A stretch of DNA of 64,000 bases, taken from the NCBI GenBank assembly GCA_012295275.1, contig CM022666.1:12152001-12216000 (forward strand), in the 5' to 3' direction. Of this stretch, positions 26,001 through 38,107 are shown in pieces. Source of the stretch: Chrysomallon squamiferum. Its lineage: Eukaryota > Animalia > Mollusca. Position 1 is the stretch's first letter, and every line of letters begins with the position of its first letter. Under the pieces are notes generated by a model. It made no database searches and was not told the origin of the DNA. It saw nothing but the letters and a program-made list of their open reading frames with translations. Position numbers and translations under genes: made by a program.

Positions 26001-28196
26001 AGGAGAGGGCTATTTCTCACTAGTTAGAGAAGAGTCAAGATAATGCCTTCTCATAGATGTTGTTGTCTGTGTATATACTGTATAATTGTTTAAATTTCTT
26101 TGACTACAGACACAGTCAAGAAACTAGAGTACCAGAATGTCCAAGAGGAACATACAAGATGTGGGATGGCTACTCACTTGTTTATGTCATGGGCAACTCC
26201 AGAGCCCATGGGCAGGATTTGGGTAATTGGCAGAATGAAAAATTCTTTCTTTCCATTGAGATGTCTTAATTTATTTAACTTATGACTCTTAGTTTCTTTA
26301 CCTAATAGATTTAGAATTCCTGTCTTAGATGTCAGAATGGCATTTTAAAACAGGCATTGATTTTCTGGATGTTTATATAAGACAAAAAAACAACAACATG
26401 TAAATAAATAAATAAATAAATATCAAAAAAAAAAGGAAAGAAAGAAAACTATATTATAATTTTCTTTGAATTCATTTGGAGCACAATACATTTATAAACA
26501 TTTTTCTGTTTTCTCAGAATACACATTTTTTTAAATGAATGAATGAATGGTTTAGGTTTTCTCTAGTGGAACTAACAATGAAAAATGAACATTACATTAC
26601 AGGTAATGCTGGCAGCTGTTTGAGAAGATTTACAACTATGCCATTTATGTTCTGCAACATCAACAATGTGTGCAATGTAGCATCCCGAAATGACTACAGT
26701 TACTGGCTGTCAACACCAGAGCCAATGACGATGATGATGAATCCAGTGAGAGGTGAACAGATCAGGCCTTACATTAGCAGATGTACAGTTTGTGAATCTC
26801 CAGCACCTGTAAGTCCTGCCCTTTACTCATTTCTATAACACATTAGTAGTCATTAGTTAATCATGAATATTCACATTTGTTTTTGATTTCCATTTTGAGA
26901 TAGCTAATTGTGAATACTAAATGATATTTAAAACTGACACATCTAAATGTCATAAAAGTTTACATTTAGCAGCATTCAGTATATAATCAGTATATGTTGA
27001 CGAATACATTTTCAGTGCTTAAGACTTTTTATTACAGTCATAAATGAATTCTTGTAATGTTTATTAACATTTAATATTTATCAATAGGAATTAACATTAA
27101 TTTTTGCACATCATTTAATGTTTTTTAGATAGAAATTAAAATGTGGTATTAATTTTTACATCCCTTAATTTGAGAGTTTTTCTTCTCACAGGTTTTAGCT
27201 GTACACAGTCAGACAATGGTCATTCCAGAATGTCCACTAGGATGGCGTGGATTATGGATTGGTTACAGTTTTGTCCTGGTAAATTTGAAATTTAAAAATT
27301 ATTTTTGTTTTGCTTCAATTTTGAAATTCATTCGTTTCTCTGTTATTGAAAACCCAGAAGTAATGTTTGTTACAAAATAACCTCAGTTTGTATTTATTTA
27401 AACAGACAGTATTGCATTTTTATCTTGATGTACAGGTTGAGGTTCCCTTATCCAAATTCTGATATTTGATAAGCTCTGAAATCCAAAACATTTTCCAAGC
27501 AGCTGAAATAGTGATATAATAGTTTTCATGTTGTTTTGCATACACAGACTTTATTATATACAAAATCTGCAGACTATTTGTATAAGCTGTATCTGAACTC
27601 AAAATGCTATTCTTAAGCTTTCTGCTTACATTCTAAAATCCAAAACACTTCCAGTCCCAAGCATTTTGGATAAAGGATTTGCAACCTGTACTTTTAAAAC
27701 TTCAAACTACAAAAGAATATGTTGATATCTAAGGATTAAATTTCTGAATATTGTTAAAGTTTAATTACTTCATTTTATTTACTTTAAGGTGAATAGATTT
27801 AAACATAAGTTGAAACTTTACTGTTATTTAGTTAAATTGAGCTTATCTCTGTAATTGCATGTCAGTATCAGATGTAGCTTGAGTATCATTTAAAAATGTA
27901 TTTTTCAGAATACTGGTGCTGGAGCCCAGGGTTCTGGTCAAGCTTTAGATTCTCCTGGATCATGTCTGGAAGATTTCCGCTCAACTCCTTTCATTGAGTG
28001 CCATGGACATGGCACCTGTAATTACTATGCAACATCTTTAAGTTTCTGGTTAGCAACATTAGAACGTGGAGACCAGTTCCACAGACCCCAGTCAGCCACA
28101 CTCAAAGCCGGCGACCTTCGGCGGAGAATCAGCAGATGTCAAGTCTGCTTGAAACAGCGAGAGAATGAAAACTTTACATTTAAATTTAAGAAATAA
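5087..28196 (+). CDS. COL4A1: Type IV (basement-membrane) collagen alpha1-like chain, 40 coding exons, about 1775 aa
   Basis: GT-AG exons: 5087-5176, 7867-7923, 8400-8534, 9127-9171, 9853-9915, 10803-10884 (+1 nt), 11352-11429, 12155-12217, 12570-12647, 12885-13031, 13246-13308, 13889-13987, 14198-14251, 14557-14656, 15054-15176, 15329-15634, 16114-16194, 16321-16418, 16717-16923, 17250-17418, 17798-17908, 18427-18641, 19039-19192, 19648-19761, 20077-20247, 20672-20761, 20950-21207, 21431-21520, 21943-22076, 22385-22691, 23050-23103, 23272-23457, 23691-23824, 24416-24560, 24982-25107, 25683-25890, 26110-26222, 26603-26808, 27192-27278, 27909-28196. Features: signal peptide [29 protein letters not shown]; 7S cysteines ACKGC..CIC and GCNGTKG; interrupted Gly-X-Y; CGFC interruption; NC1 domain ([83 protein letters not shown]). 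The NC1 sequence and the CxxC interruption are alpha1-type. Confidence 0.95.
7020..7241 (+). repeat. Dispersed duplication of about 200 bp; second copy at about 8842-9043
   Basis: TGTCTGGAAGCAAAATTATAATTAAAAGAATCAATGATAAAAGAAGAAGCCATGAAAT...CCAATTATTTTAAACCAAAAT is present in collagen introns 1 and 3. Confidence 0.85.
7288..7552. repeat. Tandem duplication, about 126-bp unit x2
   Basis: ATGAT.CACAGTATTACAACAATGTATTT...AACTTTGTACAGGTTATTA.ACAAAGTATTACAAA occurs twice. Confidence 0.8.
13370..13822. repeat. Degenerate minisatellite filling most of collagen intron 11
   Basis: Recurring TAGTATAATGG / CATAGTGTAAAGGATATCA motifs with a period of roughly 18-36 bp. Confidence 0.65.
21597..21815 (+). 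repeat. Dispersed duplication of about 210 bp; second copy at about 22794-22998
   Basis: AAAATGCATATAATTAGGTGTTTT...AATCTCTGTCATTTCTGCACACAGAATA...TGTGGATAACAATTTA.CCTTAA is present in collagen introns 28 and 30. Confidence 0.85.
23924..24246. repeat. Minisatellite, 60-70-bp unit x5
   Basis: TCTACAGAAATACTGATTGGTGGGTG(C/A)AAG(C/T)TGTAA, with the core near 23950, 24020, 24080, 24148 and 24217. Confidence 0.9.
27433..27688. mobile_element. Tigger/pogo-type MITE (256 bp) in the last intron of the collagen gene
   Basis: Imperfect terminal inverted repeats CAGGTTGAGGTTCCCTTATCCAAA ... TTTGGATAAAGGATTTGCAACCTG, flanked by a TA duplication (27431-32 and 27689-90). No ORF. Confidence 0.8.
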
Positions 28197-31100
28197 TTTT
28201 AGTGGTTTGTAATTAGGTTTAAATTATCAATATTTCATTTGCCATTTATTAAAAAAACAGAGAAAAATCTATGTGGGATTAGTCAGATCTGGAGACTGAA
28301 AGTGTCAAAACCATCCAAGACATATGCATGATAAATGTAAATAGCACTTTTGTACATGACCTTTAGTCCAGTTGGCCTGGAAATGGATGATTTTAGTTTA
28401 GTGTTCAGCTTTACCATAATTCTCCCAATAAATGTCCTATATATATAAAACATTACAGTGTTTTCAAAACATCATTAAATATAATATATGTAGAAAGTCA
28501 AAATCTTTTATGTCAGTTTATCACAAGTGTTCAAAATTTATGAATTCAGATATATTTTTTAAAACTTAGCTACCTGTATAACATTGTGTAATTACTGGTT
28601 TTATTTAAACAAATCTATCCAGATTTATTTTTTAGAATACACCTTTCCTCCCTTAATCTTTCATTACTTTGAAATAATTTTCTAGAACAAATATAATTTT
28701 CTTGAACAAATAAAGATAGTATAATAGAGAGTGATAATATGCCTTTTTATAAATATTTAAAACATATATTTGCATATTTTTTGGGATAACTATGGTGCCT
28801 TTATATTTTACCCCTGTTATTCATTGTAGCGAGCAAGACTGATTTCATGGTGCTATTTTGTACGATTTTAATGTTATATATATTTTGTACATTTTGATAT
28901 TCAATTTTGTAGATTAAGTAAGGTTTACATTTCAAGATGTATCTTGTTTTGTAAACTGGATATAAATTTACACACTGTGCAATGTTTACCTAATTAATCA
29001 ACACTGCCAAATCTTTTTCATGTTCATGAATACTCATGAAGCTTGTGATACATTTTTTTCTTGTGTTTTCTGTCAGAGACATTTGTATGGATTTTTCTTT
29101 TGTAATATGTGTCATTAATAAAAGTAAAAATACATTTTATATTAAATATTGAAACAAATAATTTATCAGTTAAAAATATTATTTACCTCTTTGAAAACAA
29201 GCTGACAATGATATACAGTAATAGATTTGAAATTATTCAAACTTGAACATTTCTTTTAATACATAGTTTAGTACTGAATCAAATATATGTTCTCTACTAG
29301 AAATTGTTCTTTAGCTTTTTTAGATCTGTGAAAGGCTTTTTTAAACTGTTCTCTTGCATTTCATCTACCTAGAGAGGAGATAGTTGAATGATTTTAATAA
29401 TTAGTACTTTAAAACAAGCTTTTAAAATCCACGAGCATATACTGGCCATTATGTTATATTAAGAATTATAAGAATTTTAGTTTGAAGTACAAATGAGAAA
29501 AAATTTAAGAACAAAACAAAAAAAGAAGAAAAAATTATGATTAGAGAGCATTTGAAGTGACTATTGTTTCAAATTCAAACACTTTAATTTTATAAAAAGC
29601 AAGCATAAATTTTAAATAATCAGTATTTGATAAATTCAGTCACTTTACATGTGTTTTAGTCTGTCATTTTCACCTGCTTTTAAGAAAGTAAATTTTTTAT
29701 TATACACATTTTAAATATTTCTTAATGATATGAAATGAAACTCGTGTTCAAATTGTAGTTTTGTAATGGCATTTGCCATAGTTACTGAGCTCAAGTATAT
29801 AACTATGATTGATAAATAAAGTATCATACACAACAAGGTGGTTGTAATTTTATTGTACTTGTGCTGCTGTCAAATTCGAGATTTATAAAAAAAATAATTT
29901 AAATATCCTTTATGAATAAAGCACAATTAATTTGAATACAGCTGGATTTTTTTTATATCTATATTTCTACATCTATCCTACAAGAACCTTTAAAATCTGT
30001 CTAATGGATCATTATTATCTTTGTTAATTTTATTTGCAGGTAATATTTTTATCCTATAACAACTTTATAGAAACACAGAAACTGTTTTGATTGTGTTTTA
30101 AAATTGTGTAATTCATAAGATTGGAAAATAAAGTTTAATTATATTTCATTGTTATTACAACCTGGATTCAATCAAATATTCCAAAAATATTCAATTTATA
30201 AATTGAAAAAAATAAAAAATTGAACAATAATATTATATAGTAACTTTTATTGTAAAACAAAATTTTCTGGAACATTCATACTCACAGAACAGAATAATAC
30301 TGCTTTATAATAAAAAAAAAATATACTAGAAAGATAACAGTATTGGAGAAAAAAAAAATAACATTAACAACAACATTCTGTTTCTAAATAAAAAATATAT
30401 AAAAAAACCATTTGTATTTTTATAATTCTGCATTGGCATCCAGCCCATGTCTAAATTGCTTTACCTGTGTTAGTGGAGCTATATACTTTCTATACACTTC
30501 TAGATGTTTTACTTATTTCTTGTTACCAAGTTAGCTAATTATATCTCTCCTAAATGAGTTTTCAAAAGAGAAAATGACAGCCTTTGCCTGTCCTATGAGC
30601 CCTTAATTTTCTGATGTTATCAGTAATAAAATTGTTATCAAGAAAGAAAGATACACTTCAGTTTTGGACTGAACTCATATGTATAGACTTTGATACATAT
30701 AAAACAAAATCTCTATACAACATATAATTTAGTTATGTTTAATTAGCTCTTAATGTTCAGTAAAAAAATAATAATAAATCAGAATCATTTCAATACACAT
30801 TTTCAAAAACCTAAAGTTTTAAAAGATATGTCTGCAGACTGATAGATTTCTTTGTTGAAACAGTGGTAATATCAGTTTACAGTTATTTAGTTTATTGTTT
30901 CAGCAATACAAATTCTGAGGAATGTTTTTGCTAAACAAATAAAACCAGTGAATGATGAGTGGCAGTTTTATTCTGTTGTTATGACACAAACTGAGGTGAC
31001 AATATAAACTTGGTGTGCATCAAAAAATAATAATTTTGTAAATGTGGGATACAAATTTATCTGACATGGTAGAACATTGACAATACAAGGTTGATAGATT

Positions 31101-31959
31101 TAGAGAAAGGATTTGAACACTGACAGAACCCCTGATTGACAAAAGATAAATAGACTGAAAAAACAAAAAAACAAAAAACAACAAAAAAAAAACTACTAAG
31201 ATTTGTTTTAACATTTTGTAATGTTTTATGATTTGTCAGTGCTAGCTCTCAAAAGAAATCAACATACCAGATGCTGTAAGTTTCTATCAGTTACATAAAT
31301 ACTTCCACAAAGACGGTAATTGTTTTTAACAAATTTACAGTTGACTAGCAATTAAGTACTTAGTTCATCAGACTATCATTAAATATCCCTAAATAATAAC
31401 AACAAACTTCACTGTATTAAAAATAAAACTGCAAAAATCCATCAAATAATTTAAGTATAAGTAAAATATTTATCAGTTATAATTGTTTCCATAAGATTAG
31501 TTGAAAATAAATAATTTTTGTTGTTTAAAGAATGAAATAAGAAAAGAAGCTGTTACAAATATGTTAAAATAATCTAACATGAAATGTAATGTTTAAGATT
31601 TATTTAACGGAATACAACAACAAAGAAAAAAAAGAAAGACAAAAATCAACAAGCACATAAGCCTCAAAACAACACAAAATGTCATATTTTTTTTATAATT
31701 GCATTGAACTTTCTATCACAGTTTTAAATATTTTCAAAATCAAGTATTAAAATCAAGAAATAAAATATTTATATTAATAACAACTTTAATTGAGTATTTC
31801 TATTAAGAATATACAAGGAATGAAATATTGTATGCTAATAACATAAATTTAATAAAGTGTTTCTTTTAATAATAACAATAATTAATCTGCAGTAAGTAAA
31901 AAACTTTCAGTAAAATTAATATATGTGAAAAACATTTGTAGAAGAAAAATGTTTAGAAA

Positions 31960-33790
31960 CTAATCTGATACATCGTCAGTTATATCAGTTTCTCTCAAAG
32001 ATGTATCTCCAGACTCTGCTACAGATGAAATGAGTAGTCTGCTACTGTTAGTGATGCTTTGAGAATTATATGTAGTCAATGATGTCATTTCTGAATATGG
32101 AATGTACTGTAAAACAAAAGGTTATTGAGCTGTCAGCAAGCTAACTTGTAAAGTTTTTGAATGTTGAATTTATCAGTTCTGGTTTTGTGACTTTTATTGC
32201 ATTATGAGGAAGTACATAAACTTACGGCCTAAATATCTGGTTATAAAAGTTTCTTAATATTAATAAATATAAAAGCAACTTCTTGAGATTAGATGTATTA
32301 AACATGTAAAATAATCAGGTGATTCCTATAAATAAATATATTATATTATATATTTTTATAAAGGTGTTTTTGATTGTAAATGATGATTAATATTACTTTG
32401 ATAATTAATGATAGTGAAAATTTCACCAAAAAATCATGGATAGGTTAAGGAAAGTCTCAATATAAAATTCATGTTAATGTAAAGTTAGAAAAATATGAAG
32501 ATGTTAGTGAACTAAACAAAAGCATAACAAATATTATTTGAAGATTCAACAAGAACAAGAAATAAACAGAATCACTCAGCAATAAGGATTATATTAATAA
32601 ATATAAAAACTGAATCTCCATTAAGGTTTTTGTTCTTGTATTATTATAAGATATATTTTATATAGTGCTAAACTTCTTATTTCATGTATTTGTTGTGATT
32701 AGACAATGTTATCAATACACGACAGTAAAATCACATCACAATTATCTATAATACTCTAAATCTAGAAATATGTGTCTGAGAATAACACCATAAGCTAACA
32801 GCCTACATTGGGATTTCAGCATATTTTAACATGTTATCTAATTAATATTAAGTTTATGACATATTGGCTTGGTTGATTTTTAAGACAATTAATTATTTTT
32901 TTTTGATCAAAGATCATAATACTTATAAAAAGGCAAATCCCAAATAGCTATTTCCAGACCTGCATTATGCTGGACACTCAATCTTGACAGTTTGACTTAA
33001 TTGATGCAAAGTATCACATTCTCACTATATTAGAATTTAAATATAAAGGGATAAAAAAAGGATCAGTACAAAAAGATCTCTGTTTCCCTAAACAAATATG
33101 CCCAAAAGTAAATTAAAAAAAATATTGTTTGTTTTTAAATTAAGATATATTCCATTCTTATTTAAATGTAAAAGTAAAATCATGAACTGACAATTATTTA
33201 GAATCTTTGTAAATCATTATTGCTGTAAGAAGAGTAAAAATCATTCATTTCCAGCATGTCAAGAATAAGCGTGGATTACCTAACTATCCACCAGACACTG
33301 TCGAGAAACTGACACATTTCGTGAACCTTTAGTAACTACATTAGTGAAGTTGTCTCCACTCTCAGCCTAGAATAAGAATATTTAATAACATTTTTACTGA
33401 CATTTTGTACACAACATTCTGAAATGTAAGCATAACTTTATAAACAATGACATTCTAAAATGATAATAAATCATTATTTTCATGGACATAGAATATTTCA
33501 TTAGGTAAATTAAGTTTTTGTTCTTTGTTTTTTTTTGTTTTTTTTTGAAAATAAAATGTTAGATCATTTGACTTTAAGAATGTTGTCATTATAGAAAAAA
33601 TATCAAAAAAATTTAAAAAGACACAGACATCCTAGATATGAATTTTCTTCAAGGAAAAGTTTGAGTAGGAAAAACATAAATTAAACAAAACAAAACAAAA
33701 CAAAAAATGATCAGGTCATTCCAAAGTATTTAAAAGAATGACATGGTCATATAAAAAAATATAAAAATAAAAATAAAATTAACAACAATG

Positions 33791-33821
<31 letters not shown>

Positions 33822-33854
33822 ATACAATAACAACTAAATTTAAAAAAAAATTAA

Positions 33855-33909
<55 letters not shown>

Positions 33910-36900
33910 TAACAAAAAAGCAACAAGTATAAAAATAAAATAGTTTCAGAGAAAGCATGCTTAAACATTTGTCAGATAAATAAATATTTGTTTATCTTTT
34001 ACTTATTTTTTAATCTAAAAGTCAAATAAAAAGAAATAAACCCAAACATATTCAATTAATGCATTCATAAACCAGTATTTTTATCATATTCATTAGTTAA
34101 TTTTATAAATGAAAATATAAATGAAATTATATTTGTTTTTATTAAAGTTACATAATAGTCATTCTTTTTTATGACTATGATTCTGATGGCAGAAAACCTT
34201 TCTTAAGAGTTCAGTGTAGCAGTTCCCAACCTTTTTAAAAATGCTCACATCTCAGAATTTCACAGTATCTTATCTGTATTTATATTTATTTTACAAAAAC
34301 AAAAGGTATGAGCCAATGTTAAATTAATTTTAACTTGCAAAAGTTGCTCACAACAACTAACAATGTTACTTGAATGGATTTAAGTAGAAACAAAAATCAC
34401 ATTAATTCACAAGGAATTTATAGTAAATATTGTGTATAAATGGGACATAATTATCTTCTACTGCCAAGTTAGAGTTTTGTACTCCCATATCATATGTTAA
34501 GAACCATAGCTTTTGTGAGAGAATGACTAATGGCCATACCAATATTTATTTTTACATTTAATTTTAATTTGTTTTTGCCATTATATATTTTTAAAAAACA
34601 AATAAAAGAGAATATTAATTCATATAAATGAATATTCCTTAAACTATATACACATACACACATAAAATTATATTGTTCTGTCCTTTTTATATATTATGTA
34701 AATTATTATTATTTTGTTTAGAGTTAACAAAAATTAGAATCTTTACACATATTTATAATTTATTTTTGGCAAAATATTTAAAAATGTAATTGACTTTAAT
34801 GATAAATTATAATTTTTATCATTTTGTTAAGTCAATTTAGTTTAGGAATTCTAAACATCATTTAGTTTTTACATTATTTTAAAATATTTCTTTTTTGTCT
34901 GCACATATCAGTATTAACATTATGATAACAAATAAAAAAATTGAAAAATTATGTAAATAATGAAAATAAAATAAAACTAATAATTCTTCAACAGTAACTG
35001 TAAAGAATTGAGTTGAACAAACAAAATGAAAGCACCAACCCTTTTCCTCTGTTTGTAGACGTAGATCATGTCAGCAACAGTCCTGATGATGACATCTGGC
35101 ACCAGACCAGCTAAACAGAGGATGACCAGGCTCAGCCAGACATTCAGACATGAAATTATTGTATTTATAACTCCATGCAGTGGCTGTTGTGATACTAAAT
35201 CAAATCTATATAAAAACAATTGTCAAACTTAAATATATTAACAAAGGCAAAGACTAATTATAGATCTAAAATATGATTTTGATAACATGGGATTGTGTGT
35301 GTGGGTGTCTGAGTGTGGGTGAGTGTGTGTGTGTGTGTGTATGTGTGTGTGTGTGTGTGCGCGTGCATGAGTATGTGAGTAAATGTAGGTATGAATGCAT
35401 GTCTCTTCAGATGCCAGTTGGGAGTAAAAGTATCTTGTTGCTATTTAATTAGAGTGGTGGCAGTTTATTTACTGTATCATCATTATAAATAAACAGTATA
35501 CATTTAACGTTCTCTGTTATTGCATTATGAGGAAGTACATAAACTTACGGCCATAATATCTGGTTATAAAACCATGACATAATGGTGAATGCCAAGAGTG
35601 AGACAAGAAAGGAAAGTGCTATTGGCAGACACCAATAATATGTACGTAGAGCCAGCTGCAGTAATAAGCATAAATAGAAATTATATTTGATTACATTCTG
35701 TTTTATTCAAAGCTAGTGATTTTCTTTTTAAGGAACCAGATATTTAAATGTAATCTATAAATAAAAATTATAAAACATGTGAAATATTTGAAATAATAAT
35801 AATAATTTTTTTTTTTTTTTAAATACAATGTTTTATGCAGGTTTTAAATAACTAATAGCCAAAACCAATATTTTTGAATTAATTATTTGTAATCTAAAAA
35901 AATCAACTTATATTTTATCAATTTATTCTGCATGGTTATAAAACTAATGTAAATAATTGCATATAATTTTACACACGCACACATACAAATAAATATTTAC
36001 AAACATACCTTTACATTTACAATAATAACTGCCACCGAAAATGTTAAAGTTCCCAAACACCAAATACCAACACTCTATAAAATTATAAATAAATAAATAA
36101 ATGAATAAATTAAAATTAAATAAACACAAAATAATAATAAATAAATATAAAAACCTAATAAATCTTCTTTTTCATTAGAAGTAATTATTATTTATAATAT
36201 AAAATACAAAACATCAAATGACATGAAATTTAGTAATTATTAAAGTAACACTAGTATACACTTACAATATACATCTCTCCAAAACTGTATTTTGTTATCT
36301 TAAGAAAATGTTTAAAACTAGATGAAATATATTTTTATTATTTACACAGGTTGAGTATTCTTTATGCTAAAAGCTCAAAAGGTTTTTCAGACCTAACTGA
36401 ATACATTTACAAATCTTTCTTTCAGTTCTTGACTATGTCAGTAGTAGCCTATTTAATTTTTTTTTTTTAAATTAGTAAGCTAATTTATTAATATATTAAA
36501 TATCATTTCAGAAACTCTGTGTTTGCTGCTCCACAATAATATAATCATGTTTAATTCATTTTCAAAACATTTAATCAATATGTCAAGCATGGATATTCTT
36601 ATGTCTTTGTCATTAAAGAAGACTTAATATATTTTTAAACTGGTAGCTGAACTTACCTTTCCATTTTGGAAGAGAGAAACTTCATTGCCTATTAGGAAAA
36701 ACACTCCAAAAAAGGCAACTAGACTGTGCCAAATGCCTGAAAAAAAGAAAATAAGAGAATTGTTTTTTAAAACTATAGTTTAAATCAGGGTCAAAACAGA
36801 TAAATGATTATATATCTACATCAAACTATAATACTAAAATTGTAAACAAGTACTATCATTAACATGGTTGAAGCTATCAACAAAATGGAATTGATGAACA

Positions 36901-38066
36901 CAGTAGAAACAACTATAGAAATTATTTCAAAACAAATACTCTGCATATTATATATTGTACATTTAATTAAAATGAAATGTTGTGTTAAAACAAAAGTGGT
37001 AGAAATAATTCTAACATAAAAAAATAAAAAAACTTGTTTGTCAGTATTTACATCCTCAACAAAAATATCTGGAAATATTTTTCGTTTAATTATTTATATG
37101 ATACATGTATCTGTTTTAGAAATATTAACATAGGTATATTACAACATGTCACATGATTGGTCAGAAGCATAATTGTGTGTAGTTTTTGATCAATTGGATC
37201 ACAGGAAAAACATTTTTTTTTTTTAAATAAAAATGCAGACATTACCCATAGAATTCCATAGGATGAAGTACCTCCAGTCCAGCATAGTGTTTTTCCTCAC
37301 TCTTCTGTAAACATAAACATTGTTTAACCAATAAAATAAAATTTTTAATCAACTGAAATTGTAAACTGTGATCACGCTGATAAATATTTTGTATGTATAT
37401 GTACACTGATACTGAGGTTGAATATAGTTCAGCAAATGTTTGTGCAATGTAAACAGTGAATTGTTAATTAATGACAGGTTTTATGACAAATGTTTTCCTT
37501 TGTCATTAAACAGATATTAAAAATAATCAGTTTCTTTTATGATGTATAACTAACACAATCATTCAGTTGAACATTATAAATTAAAATTTTCACAACTTAC
37601 TTGTAGAGGTAAGGGTGCGCCAAAAGAACTTCTCGATGAATATGTTGTTCAAATATTCCATAGCAGAGAATAGGAAGTGATGTGAATGCAATATTAAAGA
37701 ACATCAAGAAGAAGCCATCATAAATAGGCTGAAATCAAAATATATGCAATTGACCAGGAGTTATGAAAAAGATAATTACACCAAGTTTTTATTAATTCTG
37801 ATATACTTTGTCTACACTTCTCAATTTTATGATATTTCTAATACTGATAATTCTATAAAAAAAAATAATAAATAAAAATAACAATGAATGAAAAATAAAT
37901 GAAAACATAATTGTGATATTAGTTAAGTACAAATATAATGCAAGCATAAATATAATAAAGTATTTGTGTACCTGTTCTGAATATGCAGAGTAGAAAGTGA
38001 AGTAAAATTGTGGAAAGATGAAAACAATATTCTGAAATAAAATAAACATAAACATTTCACTTATTT

Positions 38067-38107
<41 letters not shown>

